Made by a program: the position numbers and the translations under genes. Below are positions 19,897 through 29,997 of a stretch of 64,000 nt of DNA, piece by piece. The notes under the pieces are model-generated. The model ran no database searches and was not told the DNA's origin. It saw nothing but the letters and a program-made list of their open reading frames with translations. Location of the stretch: positions 62,001 to 126,000 of IMG/VR virus record IMGVR_UViG_3300023179_000009, one strand, 5' to 3'. Each line of letters opens with the position of its first letter. The first letter of the stretch is position 1.

Positions 19897-20576
19897 TGGT
19901 CGATCCATCAAATATAACAAAATATAATTGTAGTGATTTTGAACTACAAGAATTGATATTATTTTGGATTTGTGTTGCTGGTAAAAAAGCTAATACAATT
20001 TCTAGAATTTTAGAAAATTTTTTACAAGAAGGTTTTAAAAAATTTGGTTGTTCTAAACCTTTTGATGTAATTTTAAGTTACAAAGATGATTTGCCACAAG
20101 AATTAAAAAAACATGGTATAGGTTGTTATAATAACAAATCTAAAACTATGTTAGAATTAGCAAAATCTAATATCGATCTTAAAAACTGCCATGTGGATGA
20201 TTTGGAATCAATATATGGTATAGGCATGAAAACAAGCCGTTGTTTTCTATTACACTCTAGAGAAAATGCCGAGTACGCCGGTTTAGATACCCATATCCTA
20301 AAATTCATGAAAATTTTAGGATATGATGTTCCTAAATCCACTCCCGTAAAAAATAAATATAAAAAAATAGAAAAAGATTTTTTATATTTGGTTAAAAAAT
20401 CGGGTCTTTCGGCTCAAGATGTTGATCTTTTAATATGGAATTATTTCTCGCAAAGAATAGTTAATGATGAATTTAAAACGCTCTTGGTTTCAATAAATAC
20501 AAAAGAATCTTTGGTTTTTTTGAAACACATTGGGCAGCGAAATGAAAAATTATTGGTTAGAACAGAGCAGGATTAA
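19896..20576 (+). CDS. HhH-GPD superfamily DNA glycosylase-like protein
   Basis: LESIYGIGMKTSRCFL hairpin; AGLDTHIL. Confidence 0.75.
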   Translation: MVDPSNITKYNCSDFELQELILFWICVAGKKANTISRILENFLQEGFKKFGCSKPFDVILSYKDDLPQELKKHGIGCYNNKSKTMLELAKSNIDLKNCHVDDLESIYGIGMKTSRCFLLHSRENAEYAGLDTHILKFMKILGYDVPKSTPVKNKYKKIEKDFLYLVKKSGLSAQDVDLLIWNYFSQRIVNDEFKTLLVSINTKESLVFLKHIGQRNEKLLVRTEQD

Positions 20577-20964
20577 AAATAAAAATTACTATACTATAGA
20601 ATTTATTGATAAAATATATAATTTAACAATATTAAAACCAGAAAAAGCTGGTATTCAAAATAACATATATCAATTTGATCCTATATTATCTAATTTCGGC
20701 AAAAACACAGCCGAATTAGAGGTTATTTTTGAATCTTCTAAAAATCATTCTTTGCTTAATAATTTTTTATCATATTGTAGCAGCAAAATGTGGTCTTGGA
20801 AATGTATTTTAAAAAATTATGTTAAACTTCAACTTATTGAAAATTATGATTTAGATGAGTTAATTTTTGATTCAATAAGTACTTTTCCTAATTTTAGAAA
20901 TAACGACATTAACGTAAAATTAAAATTTTACTATTCAAAAGTAAAATATGAAAAAATTAAATGA
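20542..20964 (+). CDS. Hypothetical protein
   Basis: ~140-aa ORF. Confidence 0.55.
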   Translation: MKNYWLEQSRIKNKNYYTIEFIDKIYNLTILKPEKAGIQNNIYQFDPILSNFGKNTAELEVIFESSKNHSLLNNFLSYCSSKMWSWKCILKNYVKLQLIENYDLDELIFDSISTFPNFRNNDINVKLKFYYSKVKYEKIK

Positions 20965-23288
20965 TATACAACAATAACTTAAATTCTTTAAAAGATATTA
21001 ATAGGCGAATATCCGTTTTGGAGATGATAGAAAAAATAAAAAATGGAGGCATGATTTGGCAGAGAACGGGTAACTTTTCTTGGAAAACAATACAAAGACA
21101 AGATGGCGATATATGGGAAATGGTGATATCAAGACAACAAGATAACTACGCAGGCACATCAGAATTCGCAGAATCAAAAAATCTTACATCTGAGCGAGTT
21201 GTTTTAGATTTTAAAAAAAATAACAATCATTATTTTTCTATAGATTCTTATTTTGATTCAAATATATTCGAACTATACAATGAGTTATCTGGGGATGATG
21301 ATTATTTAAAAGATAAATTATTGTTGTTGGATTTAAATAATCAAAATTTAATAAATGAAATAGGATCCAGAACACCAACCGTATACTCAATTCAAACATC
21401 TGGAGGTTTGGTTTCTTCTAATATTATTTTGAGAATATATGATGAGTTCTCTATTGGTGGAATAAAATTTACCCGAATATCTTCGGATGCACAAATAATA
21501 TATCCTGTTCACAAACTGAATGGCCCTAGAGGCGTTTTAGTTCACAACGATAAGATTTTTATAGCAAATGAAGGCAATCCAGAATGCGTGGTTGTTCAAC
21601 TTCAAGACGAGCAAGGTGCTAATTTAGGATATCAATATAAAGTAGAGGGAAATGGATGGTTAAATGTTATACAAAGAAGTTTTAATTTTGACGCTAATTA
21701 CAACAAAAAAATAGAATTATCACATCCTAGTTTTTCTCTTTGTAGAGTTCCATTAAAGGGAGAGCGTGGAGTTCCAGAATCTTTAAAGAAAAAACTATAC
21801 TCTATAGGTTTTCATAGTCTTAAATTAGATGTAGTAGACACTGAAAAATTAGTTGTAACAAAAACAATAGATTTAGATTTTGGTGCTTGTGCTATAGATT
21901 GCAATATAAACATATATCACTTGTATGTTGCCGAAACAAAATTAGATCTGAATAACAAAAATTGGAGATGGGATCTTTTATTCGGACCAGATTACCCAGA
22001 TAATGGATCTGAATTGGTTGAGCCTATAGTTCCCAAGGTTTTATCAGAGGGACCGCCTTATAGAACCATACAGGATGTTCCAGTTGGTGTTCAAGGCAAA
22101 CCCTCAGTTAGTAAATTAACGGTTATAGACATAAGAACCGAAGAAGAAATTGACTCAGTTGATTTTGAAGAATGTAGTTTTAGTGATATGATAGTCGATT
22201 TAAATACTAATTTTATATATTTGGCAGACGCTGGCAACAATAAAGTTTATGCTTTAGATCCTCTTCGTAATTTTCAAATAATGAATATATTTGAAACAGG
22301 GGAAATGCCAATAAGTCTACAGATAATTAGAAATCAATTATATTGCGTTAATGCTAAATCAAATAATATAGAAATTTTTGAATTGGCAAGTTGGCAAAAA
22401 ATTGGAACAATTAATTCACCTTGGAACCACCCAGTAAAAATAAGAATAAATTCTAAAACAAGTTTGGCTTATTTGGCTCTTTATGGGGAATATGGATTTT
22501 TTGGAAATTCTATAGCTGTTATAGACACATGGGAAGATAAAATAGTAAAATTTATTAATGTTGGATTCGGACCATGGGATATTGACTTGGATGAGTCGGC
22601 TAACGTTCTATATGTTACTAATTACTTATCAAACAATACAACAGCTATTGATTTATCCAACGATAACTTTAATTACTTTGACCCTAGGTTTGAAACTATA
22701 AACATTACACCAGAGTCTTTTGGATTAAAAATATCTGGATCTGCGGATTTGACAACAGGGCGAGAAGACACAAGAGAAATGTCTGGCGGTGCATTGATTA
22801 GGCCAGGAAATTTAAGTTCCAGCGGGAACGTTTACGTTTCCAAAACGCCAGTCATTGTATCTCCCAAAAGATCTGTTGAATTGATTAAATTTTGTAAAGC
22901 ATTATCGCCATCGAATCCAGATATTTTTGTTTTTGATGATAATGATAAAATTAATTGTTATGGAACAATTAATGCCACTACGCCGAAGTACATTAGTTTC
23001 TCCGTGCCTTCAAACAAACAACTAAGTTATATTGATTTAAAGAATCTGTCTGGCGGCGATGGCGTTGCCTTTTTTGCAATTCAATCGGGTTCTTTTTGGT
23101 CGGCTGGCTTAAATACTAACTCTATGCTTGCTTATGGACATATATCCGCCTCCAATTTAAACACTAATTTACTTAACACATTAACAAAACAAGCAACCTT
23201 ACCCCTGTCTAGTGGGTTTTACACTATTTGGATGAATCAGACGGGGTCTCCAATCACTAACTTTAGATTAGTTATTGGCGTGATTTAG
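20961..23288 (+). CDS. YVTN-type beta-propeller protein with shared N-terminal domain; probable virion protein
   Basis: Repeats such as LADAGNNKVYALD, SIAVIDT, VGFGPWDIDLD, LYVTNYLSNN. Confidence 0.75.
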   Translation: MIYNNNLNSLKDINRRISVLEMIEKIKNGGMIWQRTGNFSWKTIQRQDGDIWEMVISRQQDNYAGTSEFAESKNLTSERVVLDFKKNNNHYFSIDSYFDSNIFELYNELSGDDDYLKDKLLLLDLNNQNLINEIGSRTPTVYSIQTSGGLVSSNIILRIYDEFSIGGIKFTRISSDAQIIYPVHKLNGPRGVLVHNDKIFIANEGNPECVVVQLQDEQGANLGYQYKVEGNGWLNVIQRSFNFDANYNKKIELSHPSFSLCRVPLKGERGVPESLKKKLYSIGFHSLKLDVVDTEKLVVTKTIDLDFGACAIDCNINIYHLYVAETKLDLNNKNWRWDLLFGPDYPDNGSELVEPIVPKVLSEGPPYRTIQDVPVGVQGKPSVSKLTVIDIRTEEEIDSVDFEECSFSDMIVDLNTNFIYLADAGNNKVYALDPLRNFQIMNIFETGEMPISLQIIRNQLYCVNAKSNNIEIFELASWQKIGTINSPWNHPVKIRINSKTSLAYLALYGEYGFFGNSIAVIDTWEDKIVKFINVGFGPWDIDLDESANVLYVTNYLSNNTTAIDLSNDNFNYFDPRFETINITPESFGLKISGSADLTTGREDTREMSGGALIRPGNLSSSGNVYVSKTPVIVSPKRSVELIKFCKALSPSNPDIFVFDDNDKINCYGTINATTPKYISFSVPSNKQLSYIDLKNLSGGDGVAFFAIQSGSFWSAGLNTNSMLAYGHISASNLNTNLLNTLTKQATLPLSSGFYTIWMNQTGSPITNFRLVIGVI

Positions 23289-23548
23289 TTGATCTCGGAC
23301 ATGATCCAATTATAAACTTCTTCAACATCATCTTTGCTGGTGGCTATATGGTCCGAAGCCCAATCGTGTCCTTTTTCTAAAAGATTATCTAGTGTTTTTT
23401 GATCAAGCGATAATAACTTGTCCACTCTTTCTTTGATAGTTTTTAAATTAGAAAAAAACATATAGTTTTTTGTTTCCATTCCTTCACTTTTTTCTAAATC
23501 ATCTTGATTCAAAATTCCTGACAAATACAGTGCGTAATTGGGATCCAT
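23285..23548 (-). CDS. Hypothetical protein (HDWAxDHI motif)
   Basis: 87 aa, SD GGAGG. Confidence 0.65.
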   Translation of the reverse strand: MDPNYALYLSGILNQDDLEKSEGMETKNYMFFSNLKTIKERVDKLLSLDQKTLDNLLEKGHDWASDHIATSKDDVEEVYNWIMSEIN

Positions 23549-23653
23549 AACAACCCTCCAAAATATATATCAAAATTACTATATAATTATGTGTGGTCCA
23601 AAAAGACACACTTCTATGGTCATTTCGACATAGAGACAATTTAGGAGGTTTAA

Positions 23654-24130
23654 ATGAATCTTATTAATCCAAATAGGTCTATAGTTCCACTCAAAGATGA
23701 TTTGTTTTTTCCAATAGAACAACACTTTGACAAATTTTTTGATCAATTCTTCAAAAAAGATAACTTACATGCATTAGGAAACAATACCGGTTTTCCAAAA
23801 ATTAATGCGTATGAAAAAGATGGCGAACTAATTTTGTCCATTGCTGTAGCTGGTATGACTTCTAAAGACTTGAAGGTAGAAGTCGATAATGAAAATGTAT
23901 TACTCGTATCTGGTAGAGTTTCGGAAGATTATCACTTGCCGGAAGAAGCTGTGGTTCATCTTAGAGAGTTACGACTTTCTTATTTTGAAAGAAGGCTGCA
24001 ACTTCCTAAAAATATAGAAGGAGATCCAGAGGCTTTAGTTAAAGACGGAATTTTAACTTTAAAGTGGAAATTGAAAGTTGATAAATCTTCTCGTGCAAAA
24101 ACTAGATCTATACCCATTAGATCGCAGTAA
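23654..24130 (+). CDS. Small heat-shock protein (Hsp20)
   Basis: FPKINAYE..., FERRLQLP, ALVKDGILTL; SD AGGAGG. Confidence 0.92.
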   Translation: MNLINPNRSIVPLKDDLFFPIEQHFDKFFDQFFKKDNLHALGNNTGFPKINAYEKDGELILSIAVAGMTSKDLKVEVDNENVLLVSGRVSEDYHLPEEAVVHLRELRLSYFERRLQLPKNIEGDPEALVKDGILTLKWKLKVDKSSRAKTRSIPIRSQ

Positions 24131-24156
24131 AATTAAATAATTTAGATATTGGTTTT

Positions 24157-24186
24157 AGAGCGTTAGAAAAATTTTTCTAACGCTCT
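24157..24186. terminator. Intrinsic terminator (30-bp perfect palindrome)
   Basis: AGAGCGTTAGAAAAA/TTTTTCTAACGCTCT after hsp20. Confidence 0.8.
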
Positions 24187-24199
24187 TTTATACACCTCC

Positions 24200-24352
24200 C
24201 GCCAAAAACCCAGTCCTCTTTAGAGGCTGGGATGAATGGCAGTTAAGTATAGAAAAAATTCAATTCGGCACTATATTAGTATGAGATTCGGGACGGAATC
24301 TTTGTGCTTTGGCATTAGAAGCCGACTCTTTTTAGGGAGTCGGAGCGTTCAC
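24200..24352 (+). mobile_element. Non-autonomous IS200/IS605-like mini-element (left-end hairpin plus omega-RNA-like right end)
   Basis: Hairpin CCCAGTCCTC-TTTA-GAGGCTGGG (24209-24231); AGATTC-GGGACG-GAATCT; GAAG-CCGACTC..GAGTCGG-AGCGTTCAC ending TCAC; no transposase; left boundary approximate. Confidence 0.55.
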
Positions 24353-24355
24353 TTT

Positions 24356-24949
24356 ATGGAAGAATTTTTTCAAAAAATAAAAGATAAATTTGAAAAATCA
24401 AATATTTCTACAATAAACATTATTCCAAAAATTAAATTGGCGAATGTTTCATCCAAACTTTCCCCAGCTTTCAATGACCCAAAATATCTTCCTTTTTATT
24501 ATAAACTGGGATCAGAATTAAGGCCATCAAGTGTTTTGCAAGTAGGATCAAGTTTAGGTTTAATGGCTGCTGTTTTTACAAGATCTTGCACAACTGTTGA
24601 GGAGTGGTCTATTGTTGATAATAAAAAAAGAAATTTAAATATAGTTGATTGTAATTTGAAATTAAATTATAATTTAAAAACAAATTATATTTTTTTAGAT
24701 GATAAAAAATTGGAAGATCAAACTTTTAAAAAGTTCGATCTCATACTAATAACAGAAGATTTCGAAGTCAAAGATTTGAAAAAATTTTTATTTTATTTTT
24801 GGGATTTTTTAAATTTTGACTCTTTTTTAGTTGTAGATTTTCTTTTTAAAGAAGATAAAAAGAACATTTTTTTAGATTTTTGTTCAATCAAAAATAGGTC
24901 CGCATTTTTTTTGGACACAAGATATAAAATTGGTATAATAAAAAAATAA
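24356..24949 (+). CDS. Putative SAM-methyltransferase-fold protein
   Basis: SVLQVGSSLG, FDLILI, FLVVDF; start placed at MEEFF, after the mini-element. Confidence 0.55.
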   Translation: MEEFFQKIKDKFEKSNISTINIIPKIKLANVSSKLSPAFNDPKYLPFYYKLGSELRPSSVLQVGSSLGLMAAVFTRSCTTVEEWSIVDNKKRNLNIVDCNLKLNYNLKTNYIFLDDKKLEDQTFKKFDLILITEDFEVKDLKKFLFYFWDFLNFDSFLVVDFLFKEDKKNIFLDFCSIKNRSAFFLDTRYKIGIIKK

Positions 24950-24959
24950 AGAGAATTTT

Positions 24960-25781
24960 ATGGCCTTTGAAATAAAATATATTTTTCATGATAGAGATGA
25001 AAACGGACAATACAACACAGAAAAATCACAAGAAAAAACCGTAAAATTGGGAAAATTTTTAGAAGACATACCCTTAGAAAAAGTCGCCTCTTCAATAATG
25101 TCGTATTTAGCAAGAAGAGACATATGGGTAACTAAAGTTGAAGTTTTTGAGATAGTAAAAAAAGAGGTTAATTTTAAAGAATCTAAAGATGGAAAAGGAA
25201 TAGTTTTAAAAGGTAAAAAATTTAGTTTCATAGAAGGTTCAAAATTCGATATACAAGAAACAGACGAAACAGAAGAGGAATCAACAAATCAACCAGTTGA
25301 ATTCCAAAAGCAAAATTTGATATCAATTAAACCAACAATATCTAAGGAAAACATTAATAATAATAAAGTTTTATACAGGGTGTTATTTGACCCACCAATA
25401 CAATATTTTAATGAGGTCAAAAGATTGGGATTGAGATTTTCTCAAGATAAAGAATACCCAGTTCACAAGGTGGTACAACACCCAACCGGGAAACTAGAAC
25501 TTCAAAAAATAGCTGTAACAGATGACGTTGGTAGAGTGGTTGTTGTTGATGAAAAATTTTTCACAATAATAGGATCCGGCTTGTTGGCTGATAAAGAACT
25601 TAATTTCTCTGGATCTGCATCTAGAATTCAAAGAAAACCTAAATTATCATTTGAAGACCAAATGATCGCAGAAACGCCAGATCTTAGACCTAAATCTTGC
25701 AGCACAAACATACCCTTAGATGATGGCTCAATTCCAGAACACTTGATGTCAGTTCCGGACATAAGAGCCAAAAAAAATTAA
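24960..25781 (+). CDS. Hypothetical protein
   Basis: 273-aa ORF. Confidence 0.7.
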   Translation: MAFEIKYIFHDRDENGQYNTEKSQEKTVKLGKFLEDIPLEKVASSIMSYLARRDIWVTKVEVFEIVKKEVNFKESKDGKGIVLKGKKFSFIEGSKFDIQETDETEEESTNQPVEFQKQNLISIKPTISKENINNNKVLYRVLFDPPIQYFNEVKRLGLRFSQDKEYPVHKVVQHPTGKLELQKIAVTDDVGRVVVVDEKFFTIIGSGLLADKELNFSGSASRIQRKPKLSFEDQMIAETPDLRPKSCSTNIPLDDGSIPEHLMSVPDIRAKKN

Positions 25782-25793
25782 AGAAAGGAATTT

Positions 25794-26297
25794 ATGGGAA
25801 AACCATCACCGAGAAGATTAAAGAAAAAAAAAGAACGTGAAAAAGAAGCTAAGAAAAAAGTATTGTTAAAAAGAGCGGCAATGAGAGCCCCTCAAGTAGA
25901 AGAAAACAAACAAAAGAAAAAAATGAAAAGAGTTAGTAAATTGCAAAAAGAAATGGGAGAACTCAACATGTGGGCAGATGAGGTTTTGTGCAGGATGAGC
26001 AATGATACTTTAACTCAACTCGAAAAAAACGCCAAAATACTTAAGGCCCTTGAGGCACAGTATGAAAAAGAAAAATCCGAGAAAAGAAACCTTAATCAAA
26101 ATTTAGAACAAAAAGGTTTATCAACTTTAAAGGAAAAGTTGGATTATTTACATAACGAATTGGTTGAACAACAAAAATCTGCTGGGTATGAGGTTTTGAA
26201 AGATGAAATAGAGTTACACAAAATTGCTAATCAAAAAGATATAGCAGAAGTAACAGTCTGCAAAGCACCTGATTTTCAGACTGAACAAGAAAAATAA
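25794..26297 (+). CDS. Hypothetical basic coiled-coil protein
   Basis: 167 aa, SD AAGGA. Confidence 0.65.
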   Translation: MGKPSPRRLKKKKEREKEAKKKVLLKRAAMRAPQVEENKQKKKMKRVSKLQKEMGELNMWADEVLCRMSNDTLTQLEKNAKILKALEAQYEKEKSEKRNLNQNLEQKGLSTLKEKLDYLHNELVEQQKSAGYEVLKDEIELHKIANQKDIAEVTVCKAPDFQTEQEK

Positions 26298-26306
26298 ATT
26301 GATCAG

Positions 26307-26334
26307 TTGACTTATAATTTTAAAAAATTATAAT
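26307..26334 (+). promoter_or_regulatory. sigma70-type promoter TTGACT-N16-TATAAT
   Basis: Upstream of SSB gene. Confidence 0.7.
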
Positions 26335-26390
26335 AAATGAGTTGACTACAAAATTACTTGTATCAAAACTTAGAAATTACGGAGAAAAAC

Positions 26391-27443
26391 ATGCCAACTT
26401 TCGGAACACTCAACTTAGAAGAAATGGTCGGTGAGGATTCTCGTCTCAACAACGAAGGTGGACCTTCCGGTGGAAATTATTTAGAGCAATTTGTCCCTAT
26501 GCCAGACGTAAAGCCAGGACAAACAGGTTCTGTTTCTATAAGAATTTTACCTCCTGTTAGTGGCGGAAAATTGTTCCAATACAACAGAACCCACAAAATA
26601 AACAACAGAAGCATTCATTGTCCAAGACCTTTGGTAAATGGCAAGTGGGATAATAGCATTCCTTGCCCTATTTGTGAATACTATAGTTCGCTATGGAGAC
26701 AGATCGATAAGATCGAAAAGCAGCATGGTAAAGATTGTCCTGAGTCTCAACCATTAAAGGAAGAAGCACGTAATTTAAAACCAATTGAAAGATTCTACTA
26801 CAATGCCGTTGTTAGATCTATGGTTGTTGATGGCAAGGAACTTAAGAACGTTGGTCCAAGAATCCTATCAGTGGGCAAGATTCTTCACACCATGATCATT
26901 CGTGCCATAGTTGGTAATCAAGGTGACCCTGATTCTAAACTGGGCAATATTGCAGATCTAAAGAGTGGCTACGATTTCATCATTAGAAAGACTGTTACTT
27001 TGGGCAGCGAAGGTTTTCCAAAATACGATTCTTCGGGCTTTGCTAGAAATCCTAGTCCCGCTGGTACTCCCGAAGAGGTTGGTCGTTGGGCAGAGAATCT
27101 TCATGATTTAACTAAATTAAGAAACCCACGTGATGTTGATTATCTTGAGAAGGAATTGGCTATTCATCGTGGGCTAGTACAAGACGAAACAGAATCTTTT
27201 GATGCTGATTCTTTTGACGCCAAGTGGAAAGGCAAGAACTCAGACGAAGTTCAAGAAGTTGCCAAGAAGTCAACAACCAAAGTTACAGTCACTGTTCCAG
27301 AAGGTGTCCCATCCTCTAAAAACAAGAAAATTTCAGGGGCCGCAGAGGAGGATTTTGTTGAAAAAGTAACAGAATCAAAGACAGAAGATATGGCTATTGA
27401 GGATGAAGAGTTTTTGAAAGAGTTAGAAAGTATGGAAGGTTGA
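26391..27443 (+). CDS. T4 gp32-like single-stranded DNA-binding protein
   Basis: IRILPP, HCP...CPIC zinc site, GYDFII, YDSSGF, acidic C-tail; SD GGAG. Confidence 0.85.
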   Translation: MPTFGTLNLEEMVGEDSRLNNEGGPSGGNYLEQFVPMPDVKPGQTGSVSIRILPPVSGGKLFQYNRTHKINNRSIHCPRPLVNGKWDNSIPCPICEYYSSLWRQIDKIEKQHGKDCPESQPLKEEARNLKPIERFYYNAVVRSMVVDGKELKNVGPRILSVGKILHTMIIRAIVGNQGDPDSKLGNIADLKSGYDFIIRKTVTLGSEGFPKYDSSGFARNPSPAGTPEEVGRWAENLHDLTKLRNPRDVDYLEKELAIHRGLVQDETESFDADSFDAKWKGKNSDEVQEVAKKSTTKVTVTVPEGVPSSKNKKISGAAEEDFVEKVTESKTEDMAIEDEEFLKELESMEG

Positions 27444-27477
27444 TGGTGTCTAAGCGATAGGTGCCGCTTAGTTTTTC

Positions 27478-27510
27478 GGGGGGCGGCAATAGTGCCGCCC
27501 CCCTTTTTTT
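27478..27510 (+). terminator. Intrinsic terminator
   Basis: GGGGGGCGGCA-ATAG-TGCCGCCCCCC plus T tract. Confidence 0.9.
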
Positions 27511-27547
27511 CAATAAATATTTTAATTTTTAAAAAGAAAGTAATTTA

Positions 27548-28798
27548 ATGGCAAAGAAAAAATCTAATAATAATGAGATTGACATGGATGATATGTTTAG
27601 TAATATCGCAGCAGACACAGGCGGCGATGTACTGTCTGATCTTGAGAGTGTTAAATTTAGAATCGACACGGGTAACTTAGCCGTCAATTATTCCTGTTCT
27701 GGACGTTGTATTGGCGGAGGAATACCAGCGGGTCGCATCACAGAGGCTTTCGGACCAGAGGCATCTGGAAAAAGTCTTATTGGTTCAAATGTGCTTTATG
27801 GGGCACAACGATTAGGTGGATGGGCTATTATTTTGGATTGCGAGAATGCAACCAACGGTGAGTTTATGGAAAAAATTTCTCACTTAAATTTAAAACGTGT
27901 TTTACGTTACACTCCGCCTTCTCTTGAAAAGGCTTTTCGTCAAATTCACGTAACAACAAAGGCAATTCGTGATCGTGAAAAAGAAATGAAGATAGAAAGT
28001 AAGCCTATTGTGGTTGTTTTCGACTCCCTCACTGTTCCTCCTTGTGAGCGTGAATTGCGAGAAAACGAATTGCCGATGGACTACTCAGTAACAGACTGGA
28101 AAAAGGTTGTTGGCAGAATGGAACAACCTGGAGAACGTGCCAAAATTATCTCATCGGAGATGCGTAAATTACAATCAATGGTGGTTGATCAAGACGTAAC
28201 AGTGTATTTGATTAACCAAACCAGAGATAAGATAGGCGTAATGTACGGCAATCCAGAAACCACCCCTGGTGGAAATGCTGTTAAATTTTATGCTTCTCTT
28301 CGCATGAGAACCCAAACAAAGAAAAAGATTGAACACAAAAATCTTGAAAAATTCTCTGGCATAAATATGCAAGTTAAAAATATTAAAAACCGAGGCTTCA
28401 GACCTTTTGTTGTGGCCGACGATGTAAAACTTTATTTCGAACAAGGAATTGACCCTGTGTCTGGTTTGCTCGGCTGTCTGCTTTCTGGTGAAAGAATCAA
28501 AATGAAGAGTGGCGGCAATTATGAGTTGATGCCCGAGTACCTGCCTGAAGGAAAAACTGAATATAAATTTAAAGCCTCCAAGGCCGAAAATCGTATCCCA
28601 CTTCAGGTTCTCCTGGATTGTCCAAAACTTGTAGATGCTGAAAGTTCACAAGAGGTTCAGGACTATTTGGATTGTTGGGGATCAGGATTGGCCGCTTCTG
28701 AAAGTGGAGAGTATGGTGAAAAAGTTGTTGATTTTGATGCTGATGGCAACCCCTTAGAAACAGGCGATTTCACAGATAATCAAGACAGCGAAGATTGA
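27548..28798 (+). CDS. recA: RecA/UvsX recombinase
   Basis: EAFGPEASGKS, VVFDSL, INQTR, TTPGGNAVKFYASLR. Confidence 0.92.
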   Translation: MAKKKSNNNEIDMDDMFSNIAADTGGDVLSDLESVKFRIDTGNLAVNYSCSGRCIGGGIPAGRITEAFGPEASGKSLIGSNVLYGAQRLGGWAIILDCENATNGEFMEKISHLNLKRVLRYTPPSLEKAFRQIHVTTKAIRDREKEMKIESKPIVVVFDSLTVPPCERELRENELPMDYSVTDWKKVVGRMEQPGERAKIISSEMRKLQSMVVDQDVTVYLINQTRDKIGVMYGNPETTPGGNAVKFYASLRMRTQTKKKIEHKNLEKFSGINMQVKNIKNRGFRPFVVADDVKLYFEQGIDPVSGLLGCLLSGERIKMKSGGNYELMPEYLPEGKTEYKFKASKAENRIPLQVLLDCPKLVDAESSQEVQDYLDCWGSGLAASESGEYGEKVVDFDADGNPLETGDFTDNQDSED

Positions 28799-28820
28799 TT
28801 TTTTAAATTAATTTATTTAC

Positions 28821-28850
28821 AAAAGGATAGAGTAAAATCTATCCTTTTTT
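28821..28850 (+). terminator. Intrinsic terminator
   Basis: AAAAGGATAGA/TCTATCCTTTT plus T tract. Confidence 0.75.
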
Positions 28851-28902
28851 TATTTATATGCTCACCGCCAGAAAACACGGTCTCCTTTAAGGACTGACCA
28901 AT

Positions 28903-29502
28903 TCAAAGATAAACACTTAAAGGACACCACAGTCTATTTGTTGCATTTGCTTTTCTAAGACATTGGTTGATCCAATTATTGCAATTAGTGATGCAATTAT
29001 AATTTAATTTAGATTCATAGAATATACCATGTTGGTAATACTCTGGTTTTTTTTCAATTATTTTTTTTTCAAACGAATACAAAATATAATCTTTGATAAT
29101 TTTTAATTGATTTTCATCCACCATCACGTAACCACATTTATCAGGGACACTGCTGGTATAATCGATCCTCAAAACTGTTTTGTTGAGGCCAAAAAAAGCA
29201 AATAAAAAATCTTTTATTTTTAATTGCGACCAAGATTTTGTTTCTAGAAATATCTTTCTATCCCCCCAGCCTATTTTGATATAACGATCAGACTCAGGAA
29301 AAATATTTTTAAATAAATCAGATTCAAATAGAAAGTCTGAGTGTATAAGGTCTTTGCATATGTATATTTTTATATTTCCATCTTTTTGTTTTTTACCAAT
29401 TTTAATTAAAGGTATTGTGAAACAAAAAAATAAATAAATAATAAAAACAGGTATAAAAAATACTAAAATTAAAAAATATATTATTTTTTCAATGTTATAC
29501 AA
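28903..29502 (-). CDS. DUF2459/TIGR02117-like protein
   Basis: N-terminal TM; IHSD, YIKIGWGDR, YNCITNCNNW. Confidence 0.65.
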   Translation of the reverse strand: MYNIEKIIYFLILVFFIPVFIIYLFFCFTIPLIKIGKKQKDGNIKIYICKDLIHSDFLFESDLFKNIFPESDRYIKIGWGDRKIFLETKSWSQLKIKDFLFAFFGLNKTVLRIDYTSSVPDKCGYVMVDENQLKIIKDYILYSFEKKIIEKKPEYYQHGIFYESKLNYNCITNCNNWINQCLRKANATNRLWCPLSVYL

Positions 29503-29957
29503 TATTCACCAACTTTTATTTTTGTAAACTTATAACCTTTTTTTGTTAATTCTTTTTTAACTTTATTTATGTAATAATACAAATTGTTATTTTCTAGTGT
29601 ATTTTTTTTATATTGTTTTTTAATAATATCCAAACTTATAGATTCCCCCGATAATAATTTTTTATTTATAAAATCGGAAATATTTAATTCTTTATTTTTT
29701 GATTTTTCATTTTTAGGATATATTTTTTTAATTATTTTATAATGATTTTCATTTTTGTAATTTTGATTACAAATAGCAGCGGTTAGATCTTTTATTTGTA
29801 AAGATTTTGTTTTTTGTAAAACCGTTATAGAAAAAATTTCGGCGTCGAATGTTTCGACGAATTTCATTAAATATTTAATATTTTTTTGATAAGTAACAAA
29901 TTCTCTACCATCTTTTGTTTTTAGTAATAATCTTTTTTCTTTCATGTTTTTTCCCAA
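29481..29957 (-). CDS. Hypothetical protein
   Basis: 158-aa Lys-rich ORF. Confidence 0.55.
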   Translation of the reverse strand: MGKNMKEKRLLLKTKDGREFVTYQKNIKYLMKFVETFDAEIFSITVLQKTKSLQIKDLTAAICNQNYKNENHYKIIKKIYPKNEKSKNKELNISDFINKKLLSGESISLDIIKKQYKKNTLENNNLYYYINKVKKELTKKGYKFTKIKVGEYCITLKK

Positions 29958-29997
29958 AAATTTGACTTAACTACGATTATATCATAAATTCTTTTTT

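Noticed and set aside
24236-24355. N-terminal 40 aa of ORF 24236-24949
   Set aside because: Falls on the hairpin-rich mini-element; the likely start is ATG 24356
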